Shown: piece after piece, positions 39,589 through 48,314 of the stretch
How positions within the stretch are numbered: position 1 is the first letter of the stretch
How the letters are laid out: every line of letters starts with the position of its first letter
DNA from: Terriglobales bacterium
GTDB lineage: Bacteria; Acidobacteriota; Terriglobia; Terriglobales; Acidobacteriaceae
Reading direction: 5' to 3'
Assembly: GCA_035651775.1 (NCBI GenBank)
Contig: DASREY010000229.1
Coordinates: 5,507-69,506, forward strand
DNA length: 64,000 nt
Position numbers and translations under genes: made by a program
Notes under the pieces: generated by a model
The model's database searches: none
Seen by the model: only the letters and a program-made list of their open reading frames with translations
What the model was told of the DNA's origin: nothing

Positions 39589-40992
39589 TCAATGAAAAAA
39601 TTCTTTGTGGATCGCCTGAATCACATCGGGCGCATTGGCTGCCGGCACGGCGAAACAGATGCTCAACTCGCTCGCCCCCTGCGCCACCGCCGTCACGCTT
39701 ACCCGGCGCGCGCCGACGGCGCTGAAGATTCTGCCGATGACGCCATAGCTCCCCTTCATGGCCTCGCCGAGCACGGTGATCACAGCCAGGTCGCGCTCGA
39801 CGTCCACTGATTTAAGTACACCATGGCGCAGCTCAGTTCGAAACATCCGTTCAATCGAAGCGGTGACCCGGTCGGTATCTTCTCCGCGCACCACCAGCCC
39901 GAGGGAATTCTCAGCCGAAGACTGGGTGGAGAACAGGATATCAACATGATCATGCCCGAGGCGAAGAAACATCCTGCCCAGAATGTCGGAGGCTACATAA
40001 AGATCGTTTTGCGCCACCAGGGTAACCAGGCTTGCCTTGGTAACCGCGGTCACGGCTTTGACCGGAGTGCCATTCAGGTAAGGAGCGCCGGTGACTTTGG
40101 TCCCGGCAATCTCAGGCCGGAAAGAATTCTTGATCCACACCGGGATTTTCTTTTCCATCGTCGGACGAATGGCCTTGTGATGGATGACCTTGGCGCCGTA
40201 ATAGGAAAGTTCGATGGCCTCGGTGAAGCTGATCTCGGGAAGAACGCGGGCATCAGGGCAGATGCGCGGATCAGCACTGAGGACTCCGTCAACATCGGTC
40301 CAAATCCAGACCTCATCGCATTCCAGGACAGCGCCAAGAATGGTGGCTGAAGAGTCTGATCCGCCGCGTCCCAGCGTCGTAGGCTGGCCCTGCTTGGTAG
40401 CGCCGCTGAAGCCGGTGACCACGGGAACCCGGCCTTCATCCAGCAACGGAAAAATCACGGCGTGGGCTTTAGGACGGGTAGCTTCATAATCGGCGGCGGC
40501 ATCGCCAAAGTGGTCGTCGGTAACTAAGATTTCGGTGGAATCAACGTAACGGCTGGGGGTGTTGGATTGCTCAAGGATGGCGGAAAATATCTGGGCTGAA
40601 AGTTTCTCACCCATCGGCAGAGCCACGTCCAATAACTGCGGGGTCAGAGAACGGAGCTGCAGCAACGCGAAACACAGATCATGCAGTTGCCGAATCATCG
40701 TGCCAACCTGCTCGCGCACCTTGGGAGCGTTTGCAGCATTGAAAAGCGAGGCGATCACCTCTTCGTGGCGGGCTTCAATCTCCTGCAGCGCGCTGGCCAC
40801 GGCGGCCTGCTCTCCTTTGCCGGCAGCCTTCACGCAGTTCAGGATGCGATCCGTAATGCCTGCCAGGGCTGAGACCACGACAACAATTCGGTCCCGGGCA
40901 GCGGCCTCCTGTACGATGCGGGCCGAGCTGAGGATCCGGGCCGCATTCCCCACAGAAGTACCGCCAAACTTCATCACTATCGTCTTCTTCAT
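39589..40992 (-). CDS. lysC: Aspartate kinase (monofunctional, two ACT domains)
   Basis: ORF trimmed to ATG 40992 (MKKTIVMKFGGTSVG; AGAGG SD). GGSDSSA and C-terminal ACT repeats. Confidence 0.94.
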   Translation of the reverse strand: MKKTIVMKFGGTSVGNAARILSSARIVQEAAARDRIVVVVSALAGITDRILNCVKAAGKGEQAAVASALQEIEARHEEVIASLFNAANAPKVREQVGTMIRQLHDLCFALLQLRSLTPQLLDVALPMGEKLSAQIFSAILEQSNTPSRYVDSTEILVTDDHFGDAAADYEATRPKAHAVIFPLLDEGRVPVVTGFSGATKQGQPTTLGRGGSDSSATILGAVLECDEVWIWTDVDGVLSADPRICPDARVLPEISFTEAIELSYYGAKVIHHKAIRPTMEKKIPVWIKNSFRPEIAGTKVTGAPYLNGTPVKAVTAVTKASLVTLVAQNDLYVASDILGRMFLRLGHDHVDILFSTQSSAENSLGLVVRGEDTDRVTASIERMFRTELRHGVLKSVDVERDLAVITVLGEAMKGSYGVIGRIFSAVGARRVSVTAVAQGASELSICFAVPAANAPDVIQAIHKEFFH

Positions 40993-41030
40993 ATTGCCTC
41001 TTGACTTGCCCAAAGCGGCTATTTTCAGCT

Positions 41031-41077
41031 CAAAATCAAAAAGCCCACCGTCAGTTGCTTCTGGCGGTGGGCTTTTT
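41031..41077 (-). terminator. Intrinsic terminator of the thr/asp-operon attenuator
   Basis: Minus-strand RNA GCCCACCGCCAG-AAGCAA-CUGACGGUGGGC followed by UUUUUGAUUUU, about 40 nt upstream of the lysC ATG. Confidence 0.85.
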
Positions 41078-41099
41078 GGAATTTTTACTTTTTATTCCG

Positions 41100-41198
41100 T
41101 TATGTCACCCGAGGCCAGAAGCGCATAGATGTGCCTGTACCTGTGGATGTTGTTGTCATCCGCTTGGAGGTAACCGGCTTCTGGCTCGTGGAAAGCAT
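41100..41198 (-). CDS. thrL: Thr-rich leader peptide MLSTSQKPVTSKRMTTTSTGTGTSMRFWPRVT (32 aa, or 19 aa from the internal ATG at 41159)
   Basis: Below the ORF-track cutoff; read directly. Codons 15-23 are ACA ACA ACA TCC ACA GGT ACA GGC ACA. Followed by a terminator upstream of lysC-thrC-thrB-hom-asd. Confidence 0.75.
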   Translation of the reverse strand: MLSTSQKPVTSKRMTTTSTGTGTSMRFWPRVT

Positions 41199-41207
41199 GA
41201 AGAAAAT

Positions 41208-41236
41208 ACTTTATTAGGGAAATAGCATTCTGTCAA
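41208..41236 (-). promoter_or_regulatory. Sigma-70-type promoter for the thr leader
   Basis: Minus strand TTGACA-17 nt-TAAAGT. The first leader ATG is 9 nt after the -10, so the transcript would be nearly leaderless. Confidence 0.5.
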
Positions 41237-41270
41237 GGAGTAGCGCCCGCATCTTGCTGGCGGTCGCTTG

Positions 41271-41322
41271 GGCATCTTGCCTATGCTCCCCTATGCAGGA
41301 TATTCCAAACTGTACCACTACG
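41271..41322. repeat. GGCATCTTGCC...AAACTGTAC repeat, copy A
   Basis: ggcatcttgcctatgctcccctatgcaggatattccaaactgtaccactac aligns at roughly 80 percent (by eye) with 44348-44398. Confidence 0.75.
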
Positions 41323-41343
41323 AAGTTCAAGCTTGCCTGATAA

Positions 41344-42690
41344 CTACTTAGCTTCAATGTTGAACTTTGTCGGGCCATCGTCAAAGATCACAATCTGCTG
41401 TTCGCGGGTAAGCCCGTTGTAGCTGCTGGCGATAACGTGCGGGCCAACTGCGAGCGTGGTCTTAAGCTTGCGTTCGGGTAACTCTTTGCCATCCACCAGC
41501 AAGGTGGCCTTGTCGGGCTTGGCTTCGAGTTCAACGTTGACGAAACGAGTTTTCTCGGCCATGGTCAGTTCGCCACGAGCAATGCGATCAATATCCGAGC
41601 GGCGCGTGGGATACCAGGTTTGGAAGTCCTGAAAGCGGCTGATGGCTTCATTCACGGGCGGAGCTATCCGTGGCGCAGGCGGATCAAACGACGAGCCCCA
41701 GCGCCCAAAACCATTCATTGACTGCGCCCGTGACTGCAACGACGAACGATCAGAGCACAGCATGCTTGAGATATATTGCATGCGGGGCTGCTGTTGTCCC
41801 TTGGGCGCTTTAGGCAGAGAGCTCTGCTCCGGCACCAGCGCCAGCCAGCGGAGCGCGCCGGCCAGCGAGGCGTCTTCACGTTGGTCGCGTTGTGCTCTCC
41901 AGGCAAGCCAGTTCCCCAAGCTGTCAGCATCTGCCTGCTGCTGGCGCTCATCGGTCGGCAGCGGTGCATAAGAAGGCCCCGAACTGAAAATTCTGGCCCA
42001 GAATGACGGCTTTTTGCCGAGGGCCACCGTCTTCTCATATTCATAAAGCTGGCGCTTCTGATCTTTAATGTAGCTATCGCATGCCTCAGCCAGAGGGAAT
42101 GCGTCGCTATGGCCGAGCAGATTGTGCGCGCTTTCGAGTGCGGTAATTGCAATCAGGCCATCGGGCCCGGGATTCGCGCGCGGATCATTTTTCGCCAGTT
42201 GCGCGAGATAGTCGGCCGCCTGCTGTTGCGTGAGCCCCAGGTTTTGCAGGGCAAGCTGTGGCTGAGTAAACCAGTCAACCAATCCTGAAGTCAGTACAAC
42301 ATAATGGCTGGTGCTAAAAGCATCGGGAACCTTGTCGCGCACGATTACGACTTTCTGCTCAGGCTGCTCATATGCAAAATCTGCAGAGAGCGCGCCGAAA
42401 TGCCGGGCATAGGAGCTAAGCCACTCCTGGTCTCTCCAATATTCGCGGTCATAAGGGCTGATCGCGCTTTTGCCGCCCAGCACGTCAGCTTCAATCGCAT
42501 CGAGCGAGCCGAACATCTGCCGCTGAGGCCCTACCAGCACACTGCAAGCCTTCTCGCCCGGCAAACGGCTCTTGATGGCGCTCACAATCTGCTGCTGCCA
42601 ATCGCATTGCGCATGCGCCGGTAAAGAATAGAGCAAGGCCAGAGTAATGACTGAGGCGATGGAACCGATGCCCAAGACAGTTCTTTTCAT
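41344..42690 (-). CDS. Secreted hypothetical protein with PEGA-like C-terminal domain
   Basis: 448 aa; signal-like MKRTVLGIGSIASVITLALLYSLPAHAQ. C-terminal VELEAKPDKATLLVDGKEL...LAVGPHVIAS resembles a PEGA domain. Confidence 0.7.
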   Translation of the reverse strand: MKRTVLGIGSIASVITLALLYSLPAHAQCDWQQQIVSAIKSRLPGEKACSVLVGPQRQMFGSLDAIEADVLGGKSAISPYDREYWRDQEWLSSYARHFGALSADFAYEQPEQKVVIVRDKVPDAFSTSHYVVLTSGLVDWFTQPQLALQNLGLTQQQAADYLAQLAKNDPRANPGPDGLIAITALESAHNLLGHSDAFPLAEACDSYIKDQKRQLYEYEKTVALGKKPSFWARIFSSGPSYAPLPTDERQQQADADSLGNWLAWRAQRDQREDASLAGALRWLALVPEQSSLPKAPKGQQQPRMQYISSMLCSDRSSLQSRAQSMNGFGRWGSSFDPPAPRIAPPVNEAISRFQDFQTWYPTRRSDIDRIARGELTMAEKTRFVNVELEAKPDKATLLVDGKELPERKLKTTLAVGPHVIASSYNGLTREQQIVIFDDGPTKFNIEAK

Positions 42691-43310
42691 GGAATTATGA
42701 GCTTAGGTTAGCCCGAAGCCGGGCAAGGCGCAACAAATTAAACGATCAATTAGAGCTGATGTGACTCTGATGTCCTCGCAATTTGTTTTTTTAGAACCCA
42801 ATTTAGAAAGTGTCATCCCGAGTCCGCGTATCCGTCTGCCTGTGAAGGCGCAGTAAACGACGGAGTGGGCGTATTTTTCGCCGCATGCGTTGCCAGCGCA
42901 ACGCTGAGCAGGCGAATTTCCCAAAAGCGGAAAAATGTCCTGTTCTCATATTGAAATTCCCATTTTAGCTTGAAAATTACGGACATTCGAGCAGCGGGCT
43001 GTTAATGTTCGTTTATATGCCTTGACTTTCCGGCCATTCTGGGCTTCAATGGAGCATCTCCTGTTTACTAAGGCCCCTCACGAACCCCCGCAGTTGAACC
43101 CTTTTAACCCCCAACGTACACCCCCTGATAAAGCTGCGACCTTGGAAATTACGGTCTCCATTACGGACTGCAATGTCGAAGTGGAAGCACGTTCCAGCAG
43201 GCCGCAGGGTGCCTTGTTGCGGATAAATTCCTCTCTCGGCTCACAAATGCGAAGGAAGCTCGTTCATATTGTGGGAATGGGAAAAATTCTGCAACGCCGC
43301 CCGAGGAAAG

Positions 43311-44273
43311 ATGATGTATGATTCTGCTGACAATCCGCATATGAAAAAGCTTAACTTTCTGGTTTCGTTGATCACTCGCGATAACGATTACCAGCAGGAA
43401 CAGGCACAGGCCGCGGAAGAAGCCGCTCGACGGCTGAATGTAGATGTACAGATCGTTTACGCCGATAACGACGCTATCAATCAAAGCCAACAGTTGCTAA
43501 AGGCCATCCAGTCGCCGGCAGAGTCGCGCCCGCATGGCATCATCTTTGAAGCAGTCAGCGGCATCGGTCTGCCGCAAGTGGCCCGGGCTGCTGTTTCGGC
43601 CGGCATAGGATGGGTGGTGCTCAACTGCGACGTGGATTATCTTGCCGAATTACGCAGCCGCGGCGGCGCCCCCGCGTTTACCATCAGTTCAGACCACGAA
43701 GAAATTGGGCGCATCCAGGGACGCCAGTTTGGCGCGTTGCTGCCTCAAGGCGGCACAGCTTTATATCTCCAGGGCCCTTCCAATAGCCGCCCTGCCGAGC
43801 AGCGAACCATCGGTATGTCTGAGACCAAACCCGTGAACGTAGATGTGAGAATGATCAGAGGGCAGTGGACCGAGGCCAGCGCACACCGGGCAATCGGCGC
43901 ATGGCTGCGCCTCTCTACCTCGCACAAGGCGAATATTGACCTGGTTGCGTGCCAGAACGACGCTATGGCCGCAGGCGCGAGAAAAGCATTCGAGGAGCTG
44001 ACCACAGGCATAGAGCAAAAAAGATGGCTCAGCTTGCCCTACATTGGCTGTGATGGTGTTCCTAAAACCGGTCAGGCCTGGGTAAAGAGCGGCCAGCTTG
44101 CTGCCACTGTTGTCATGCCACCCAGTACGGGTCTCGCAATCAAGATGCTGTCCGAAGCCATCCAGAGCGGCTCCCAACCTGCGGAGCGCATGCTGACTGA
44201 GCTTACTTCCTATCCATCGCTGGAAATCCTTTCCTTGAGAAAGGCGGAAAAGAAGAACATCCTTGCCATTTGA
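43311..44273 (+). CDS. Periplasmic-binding-protein-fold (sugar-binding/LacI-C-like) protein with no signal peptide or HTH
   Basis: ORF 43269..44273 trimmed to ATG 43311 (GAGGAAAG SD). LNFLVSLITRDNDYQ first strand, VACQNDAMAAGA, typical of Peripla_BP domains. Confidence 0.8.
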   Translation: MMYDSADNPHMKKLNFLVSLITRDNDYQQEQAQAAEEAARRLNVDVQIVYADNDAINQSQQLLKAIQSPAESRPHGIIFEAVSGIGLPQVARAAVSAGIGWVVLNCDVDYLAELRSRGGAPAFTISSDHEEIGRIQGRQFGALLPQGGTALYLQGPSNSRPAEQRTIGMSETKPVNVDVRMIRGQWTEASAHRAIGAWLRLSTSHKANIDLVACQNDAMAAGARKAFEELTTGIEQKRWLSLPYIGCDGVPKTGQAWVKSGQLAATVVMPPSTGLAIKMLSEAIQSGSQPAERMLTELTSYPSLEILSLRKAEKKNILAI

Positions 44274-44347
44274 GAATAGAGTTGATCAGAGCCATCCCGT
44301 TGTCGTCCTGTTGAAATCTTGGGTAGTGGTTCAATTTGAGTAACGCC

Positions 44348-44398
44348 GGCATCTTGCCCACGCTCTCCCTCTGCAGGGATTCTAAACTGTACTACCAC
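44348..44398. repeat. GGCATCTTGCC...AAACTGTAC repeat, copy B
   Basis: ggcatcttgcccacgctctccctctgcagggattctaaactgtactaccac; see copy A. Confidence 0.75.
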
Positions 44399-44704
44399 CA
44401 ATCCTTCGTCAGCTTGGGATCAGTTCAGTTTTTTTATACTAGACTGCTGGAGCCCGATTTTCAGGACACATGAATGGCGACAACCCCAAAGGGGGATGTA
44501 CATAACCCAGCGTTTTAGCACCTGGAGTTTTCATGGCCAACGATGAGCTTGATGAAGCCCTCAGAGAAATCATTCTTCTGCAACTGCAATGTTCAGCAAC
44601 GCGGCTGGTGGACGGAGAATATCAATCCTGCGTAAGAAAGCGCGGACACGAGGGGAAGCATAGAAACCTCGCTGGCGAGGTGTGGGAAGACTAGAAAGCC
44701 AGGA

Positions 44705-44817
44705 GTACGATTTACGAAGTTCGGTTTTTGACTTACCCAGATACTCGATTCAACCCAAATCAAAATCGTAAAACACACTTCATAAATCGTGCTTCGTAAA
44801 TCAGACTTCGTACTTCC
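44705..44817. repeat. Inverted pair of CGTAAAT/ATTTACG heptamer arrays
   Basis: gatttacgaag (44709-44719) is perfectly complementary to cttcgtaaatc (44792-44802). Both arms are embedded in period-7 arrays. Confidence 0.8.
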
Positions 44818-44820
44818 TCT

Positions 44821-45540
44821 TTATTTCATTCCAAACAGCGTATTCACATGCGCCGTCACCGTGACCTTTTGTGCTCCAAACTCTTCGGTTGGAGCCTGGG
44901 CGGCGGGAGCGGCTTCGGCGCGCATGGATGCCATGACCATGGGACGCGGCCTGGGCTGCTCGAATGTATCCACCGAGGCATACAGCAGCTCGCTGACGGT
45001 TTTGCCGGCGGCCTGAGCTATAGTTTCGGCTGAAGCTCGCGCCCGCTGGTAGGCATCCTGCACCGCCTTCTGCTTGGCGACATCAATATTTTCCAGGGTG
45101 TAACTCAACGATTGGTCGCCGCTGATGTCAATGTCTCCGAGTCCCTGCACCAGGGGGGCGATCTTGGCAAAATCCTTGATCTTCACCGATACATTTGAAC
45201 TGACGCGATAGCCCACGATTTTCCGCTTAGGATCGCGGTAGTCATAAACCAGCTGAAACTCAAAAGAAGAAAGTTGGGCCGATTTGGGATCGATGCCATC
45301 GTTTTTCAGCAACTGCCTCACCTGCTCGGCAGCGCGGCTGGCATGGTCATAGGCATCTTTGGAGTTGGATTCCTGCGCCGCAATATTGAATTGCACCAGC
45401 GCCGTATCGGGGTCGGCCTCATACTTTCCATCGGCGCCGACATAAAGCGTGTTCTGTTCCACCTTCGGAGCAGGCTGTTGTTGCGCAAACATAGCCATAC
45501 ACGACAACACCAGAAAAACCAACGGGCAATACCGCCGCAT
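44821..45540 (-). CDS. SIMPL-domain (DUF541) periplasmic protein
   Basis: 239 aa; signal-like N-terminus. ALVQFNIAAQESNSKDAY...GYRVSSNVSVKI pattern typical of SIMPL/26-kDa periplasmic proteins. Confidence 0.85.
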   Translation of the reverse strand: MRRYCPLVFLVLSCMAMFAQQQPAPKVEQNTLYVGADGKYEADPDTALVQFNIAAQESNSKDAYDHASRAAEQVRQLLKNDGIDPKSAQLSSFEFQLVYDYRDPKRKIVGYRVSSNVSVKIKDFAKIAPLVQGLGDIDISGDQSLSYTLENIDVAKQKAVQDAYQRARASAETIAQAAGKTVSELLYASVDTFEQPRPRPMVMASMRAEAAPAAQAPTEEFGAQKVTVTAHVNTLFGMK

Positions 45541-46069
45541 ATCGTCTCCTTCGTTGCAGTTTTCTGAAAAACTCTAATTGAATTATACCGGTTTAAAAAT
45601 GAGAAAAATGCCGGGTAGCGACGAAGCTCGCTGCCTCTGTTGTCGACAGCGTATAGAGCGCCTGCGATTGACGACGCGATTTGAAGCCGCACTCTTCATT
45701 AGATCAAAGAACGAACCGCCGTATATGAAGGCCGGGGGCAAGGGTCAAAAGTCCGGCCTCCATTGTACGGCGGTTCCGTTGTAACGCCGTTCGCCGCCAA
45801 AGCCATCTCGGCTTTGCGGATATAAGAGCAGGCAGCAGATTCCAGGTAATCTCGCTTGCAATACTTGGATGCAGCATGAAAGCTGATTGGCTGCATGGCC
45901 GCGCCTGATAGATGGCCATGCCTTCGAACATGCAAAGGTACTATTTTTTGACGATGAATTTTGCAACTTTAGTACCGTAGATGTGTCCAAATAATTGAAG
46001 TATCTTAAGAATCGGGCCGCAATGCCTGGCAGAGATTAGGCCACAATATTTGAGTATGGAGTAGCAGGA

Positions 46070-46282
46070 ATGAAAAATTGGATTTTGCCTCTTACAGTCT
46101 TCGGAATGGGAAGCCTGGGAGTATTGGCATTAACAGATAGGGGATTGGAAGTGGTCCGCTGGACTGTACAACGGATTACCGAAGCTCCTATACGGTTTGT
46201 GGAGTGGAATGAAGCCGCCCAGCATGAACTGGATCGGTTGCAGCAGGCGCTCAACGAGATGGCCAGTACACTGGAAGCATGA
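46070..46282 (+). CDS. Small hypothetical protein (70 aa) with N-terminal hydrophobic segment
   Basis: ORF-track entry with a GGAG/AGGA region upstream. MKNWILPLTVFGMGSLGVLAL followed by a helical acidic tail. No family recognised. Confidence 0.5.
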   Translation: MKNWILPLTVFGMGSLGVLALTDRGLEVVRWTVQRITEAPIRFVEWNEAAQHELDRLQQALNEMASTLEA

Positions 46283-46286
46283 AGTA

Positions 46287-46408
46287 AAATTTACGACTTG
46301 TGATTTAAGAATTTCGATTTACGATTTTTCGATTTTTGCACGGTAAGTCTAAGGTGAGCCACAATTCAGGTGATCGTAATCCGTAAATCAAAATCGTACT
46401 TCGTACTT
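46287..46408. repeat. Inverted pair of CGATTTA-type heptamer arrays between convergent genes
   Basis: aaatttacgacttgtgatttaagaatttcgatttacgatttttcgattttt ... gatcgtaatccgtaaatcaaaatcgtacttcgtactt. gatttacg (46316-46323) pairs with cgtaaatc (46382-46389). Confidence 0.8.
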
Positions 46409-46691
46409 ACCTTCCCGAGAGTTGATTGATCTTTCTCGCCATCTTGATGTCGCGTTGAGTTATTCCGCCGGAATCATGCGAGGTCAGCACGAAACTCACC
46501 TTGTTGTAATGAATCGTGATATCAGGATGATGATTGGCCGCCTCTGCGGCTTCGGCCACCGCATTCACAAATTTCATCGCCGCCTTGAAATCGGGGAATT
46601 CCAACTGGCGCTCGATGGCCTTGCCCGTAAGCTTCCATCCCGGCAAAGCCTCCAGATTTTTTCGTATTTCATCTTCGTTGAGTAATGGCAT
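46407..46691 (-). CDS. phhB: 4a-hydroxytetrahydrobiopterin dehydratase (PCD)
   Basis: 94 aa; LPGW...FKAAMKFVNAVAEAAEAANHHPDI...Y.KV..LTSHD is the PCD signature. Confidence 0.92.
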   Translation of the reverse strand: MPLLNEDEIRKNLEALPGWKLTGKAIERQLEFPDFKAAMKFVNAVAEAAEAANHHPDITIHYNKVSFVLTSHDSGGITQRDIKMARKINQLSGR

Positions 46692-46788
46692 GGTGTATCG
46701 AAGAAGCTGTGAGTTGCCAGCTTCTACCCGTGTGCAAGCATTTTAGATTACGACACTCAGAAACCGCTAGTGGCCAGGAGCTAAGACT

Positions 46789-47889
46789 TTACACAATCAC
46801 GTGGGCTGTTACTTTCTCTTTGGCAAAGCTGATGACTTGGGCATCGATTTCTTTGCGCAGGTCCTGCCAAATGCTCTCTGGCATCGCCTGGAAGGTGCGC
46901 ACCACCTCGGGATCGAATTGCGAACCTGCGTGGCGAATAATTTCCTCACGCGCGGCCCGTATGCTTTGCGCTCCTCGATAGGGGCGGTCTGAGGTGATGG
47001 CGTCCAGGGTATCGGCCACGGCAAATATTCGCGCTCCCAGTGGGATTTCTTCCCCACGCAGGCCGCGTGGATAGCCGCTGCCGTCATATCTTTCCTGGTG
47101 TGAATAGACGATCTCCGATGCTTCCGACAGGAACGGTATCTTGCGCAGCATCTGGTAGCCGCGGAAGCAGTGCTCGCGCATGATGGAGCGCTCTTCTTCC
47201 GAGAGCGGCCCAGATTTGCGCAGGATGGCGTCTGGAATGGCCATCTTGCCAATATCATGCAGAAACGCTCCCCGGGCAATCACCCGGATGCGCTCGGCGC
47301 TCAATCCCATGGCACGGGCAATGGCAATGGTAAAGGCAGTTACGCGCTTGGAATGTCCTTCGGTTTCCGAATCTTTGAGATCGAGGGCGTCACCCAGCGC
47401 TTCGAGCGTAATGTCATAAGAGCGCTCCAGGTCCGCCATGGTTTGCCGCAACTGCTCGGTGCGGGCCGAAACCAGGGACTCAAGATTCATCTGGTAGGCG
47501 CGATTTTCCATCCGCAGACGCCGGGTTTCAATCGCGCGGCGCACCGAAGCCAGCAACTGCTCGCGTTCAAAAGGCTTGAGCAGATAATCGTAGGCTCCGT
47601 TTCGGATGGCCCCCAAGGCAACAGAGACATCATGCACCGCCGTGACCATAATGACCGGCATCTCGGGATATTTGAGCTTGGTTTGTTCGAGAAGACCTAT
47701 GCCGTCGAGGTCGCGCATCATCAAATCTGAGAGGACCAGCGAAAATTCCTCGCCGCTCGCCAGAACGTCAAGTGCTTCTATCCCCGAAGCCGCCTTGCGG
47801 CACAGGTAGCCGGCGGCGGTCAGCATGGAAGACACGATTTCGCGAATCGAATCCTCGTCATCTACGACCAGAATTTTATCTACACTCAT
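46789..47889 (-). CDS. Response regulator with HD-GYP domain
   Basis: 366 aa; REC domain (ILVVDDEDSIRE, VLSDLMMRDLDG) plus HD-GYP domain (HDIGKMAIPD, HQERYDGSGYPRGL). Confidence 0.92.
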   Translation of the reverse strand: MSVDKILVVDDEDSIREIVSSMLTAAGYLCRKAASGIEALDVLASGEEFSLVLSDLMMRDLDGIGLLEQTKLKYPEMPVIMVTAVHDVSVALGAIRNGAYDYLLKPFEREQLLASVRRAIETRRLRMENRAYQMNLESLVSARTEQLRQTMADLERSYDITLEALGDALDLKDSETEGHSKRVTAFTIAIARAMGLSAERIRVIARGAFLHDIGKMAIPDAILRKSGPLSEEERSIMREHCFRGYQMLRKIPFLSEASEIVYSHQERYDGSGYPRGLRGEEIPLGARIFAVADTLDAITSDRPYRGAQSIRAAREEIIRHAGSQFDPEVVRTFQAMPESIWQDLRKEIDAQVISFAKEKVTAHVIV

Positions 47890-48012
47890 GGATGACCATC
47901 AGGTGAGGCTTTCGGGGGTTTCTCATTATCACACGACATGGCAAATTTCTGCCTCAAACTTTTATGATTGTTACTATTGATTTGTAAGTAACTGGTATCT
48001 TTAATATAAAAA

Positions 48013-48041
48013 TTGACAAATTCCGCTCCTCCAACCTTAAT
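48013..48041 (+). promoter_or_regulatory. Possible sigma-70 promoter about 290 nt upstream of the ECF sigma gene
   Basis: TTGACA-17 nt-CTTAAT (or 18 nt-TTAATG), preceded by the A/T-rich tract ctttaatataaaaa. Confidence 0.35.
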
Positions 48042-48285
48042 GTGTGTATCCATATACCATTAGAGTGTATTTTCCGTCACAGTCAACTTGCGCCACGAGC
48101 TCTGAAAATTGGGCTGTAGTTTCGGAGCGCCGGGGCTGACAATTCCTAGACTTGAAAGCTAAATCTACTGCTTTTCAATCACTTAGATGCTCATTGTCCT
48201 TTTTCTGACCTAACCAGGTGCTCGACTGGATGGCCATATGACGAATATTTCAGCTCTCTGTATAGAAATTGGCCACTCAAGTGCT

Positions 48286-48314
48286 ATCACTTAGGTAGCA
48301 GAAGTGATTTTTTT
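48286..48314 (+). terminator. Terminator-like hairpin plus T-run immediately upstream of the ECF sigma start
   Basis: atcactt-aggtagcag-aagtgat followed by tttttt. Ends 16 nt before the ATG at 48331, next to the GAGAGG SD. Confidence 0.45.

Noticed and set aside
41344-42690. Metalloprotease call for the secreted 448-aa protein, from ESAHNLLGH
   Set aside because: The motif is HxxxxH with Asn in the Glu position, not HExxH. No other peptidase motifs seen.
45740-45960. RNase P RNA (rnpB) candidate, based on aaagtccggcctcc, gtaacgcc and taagagc blocks
   Set aside because: The near-universal GUCCGGGC has a G-to-C change. There is no ACAGAANCCGGCUUA-type P4 3' strand anywhere downstream. The 5' block instead forms a local hairpin with aggccgg just upstream.
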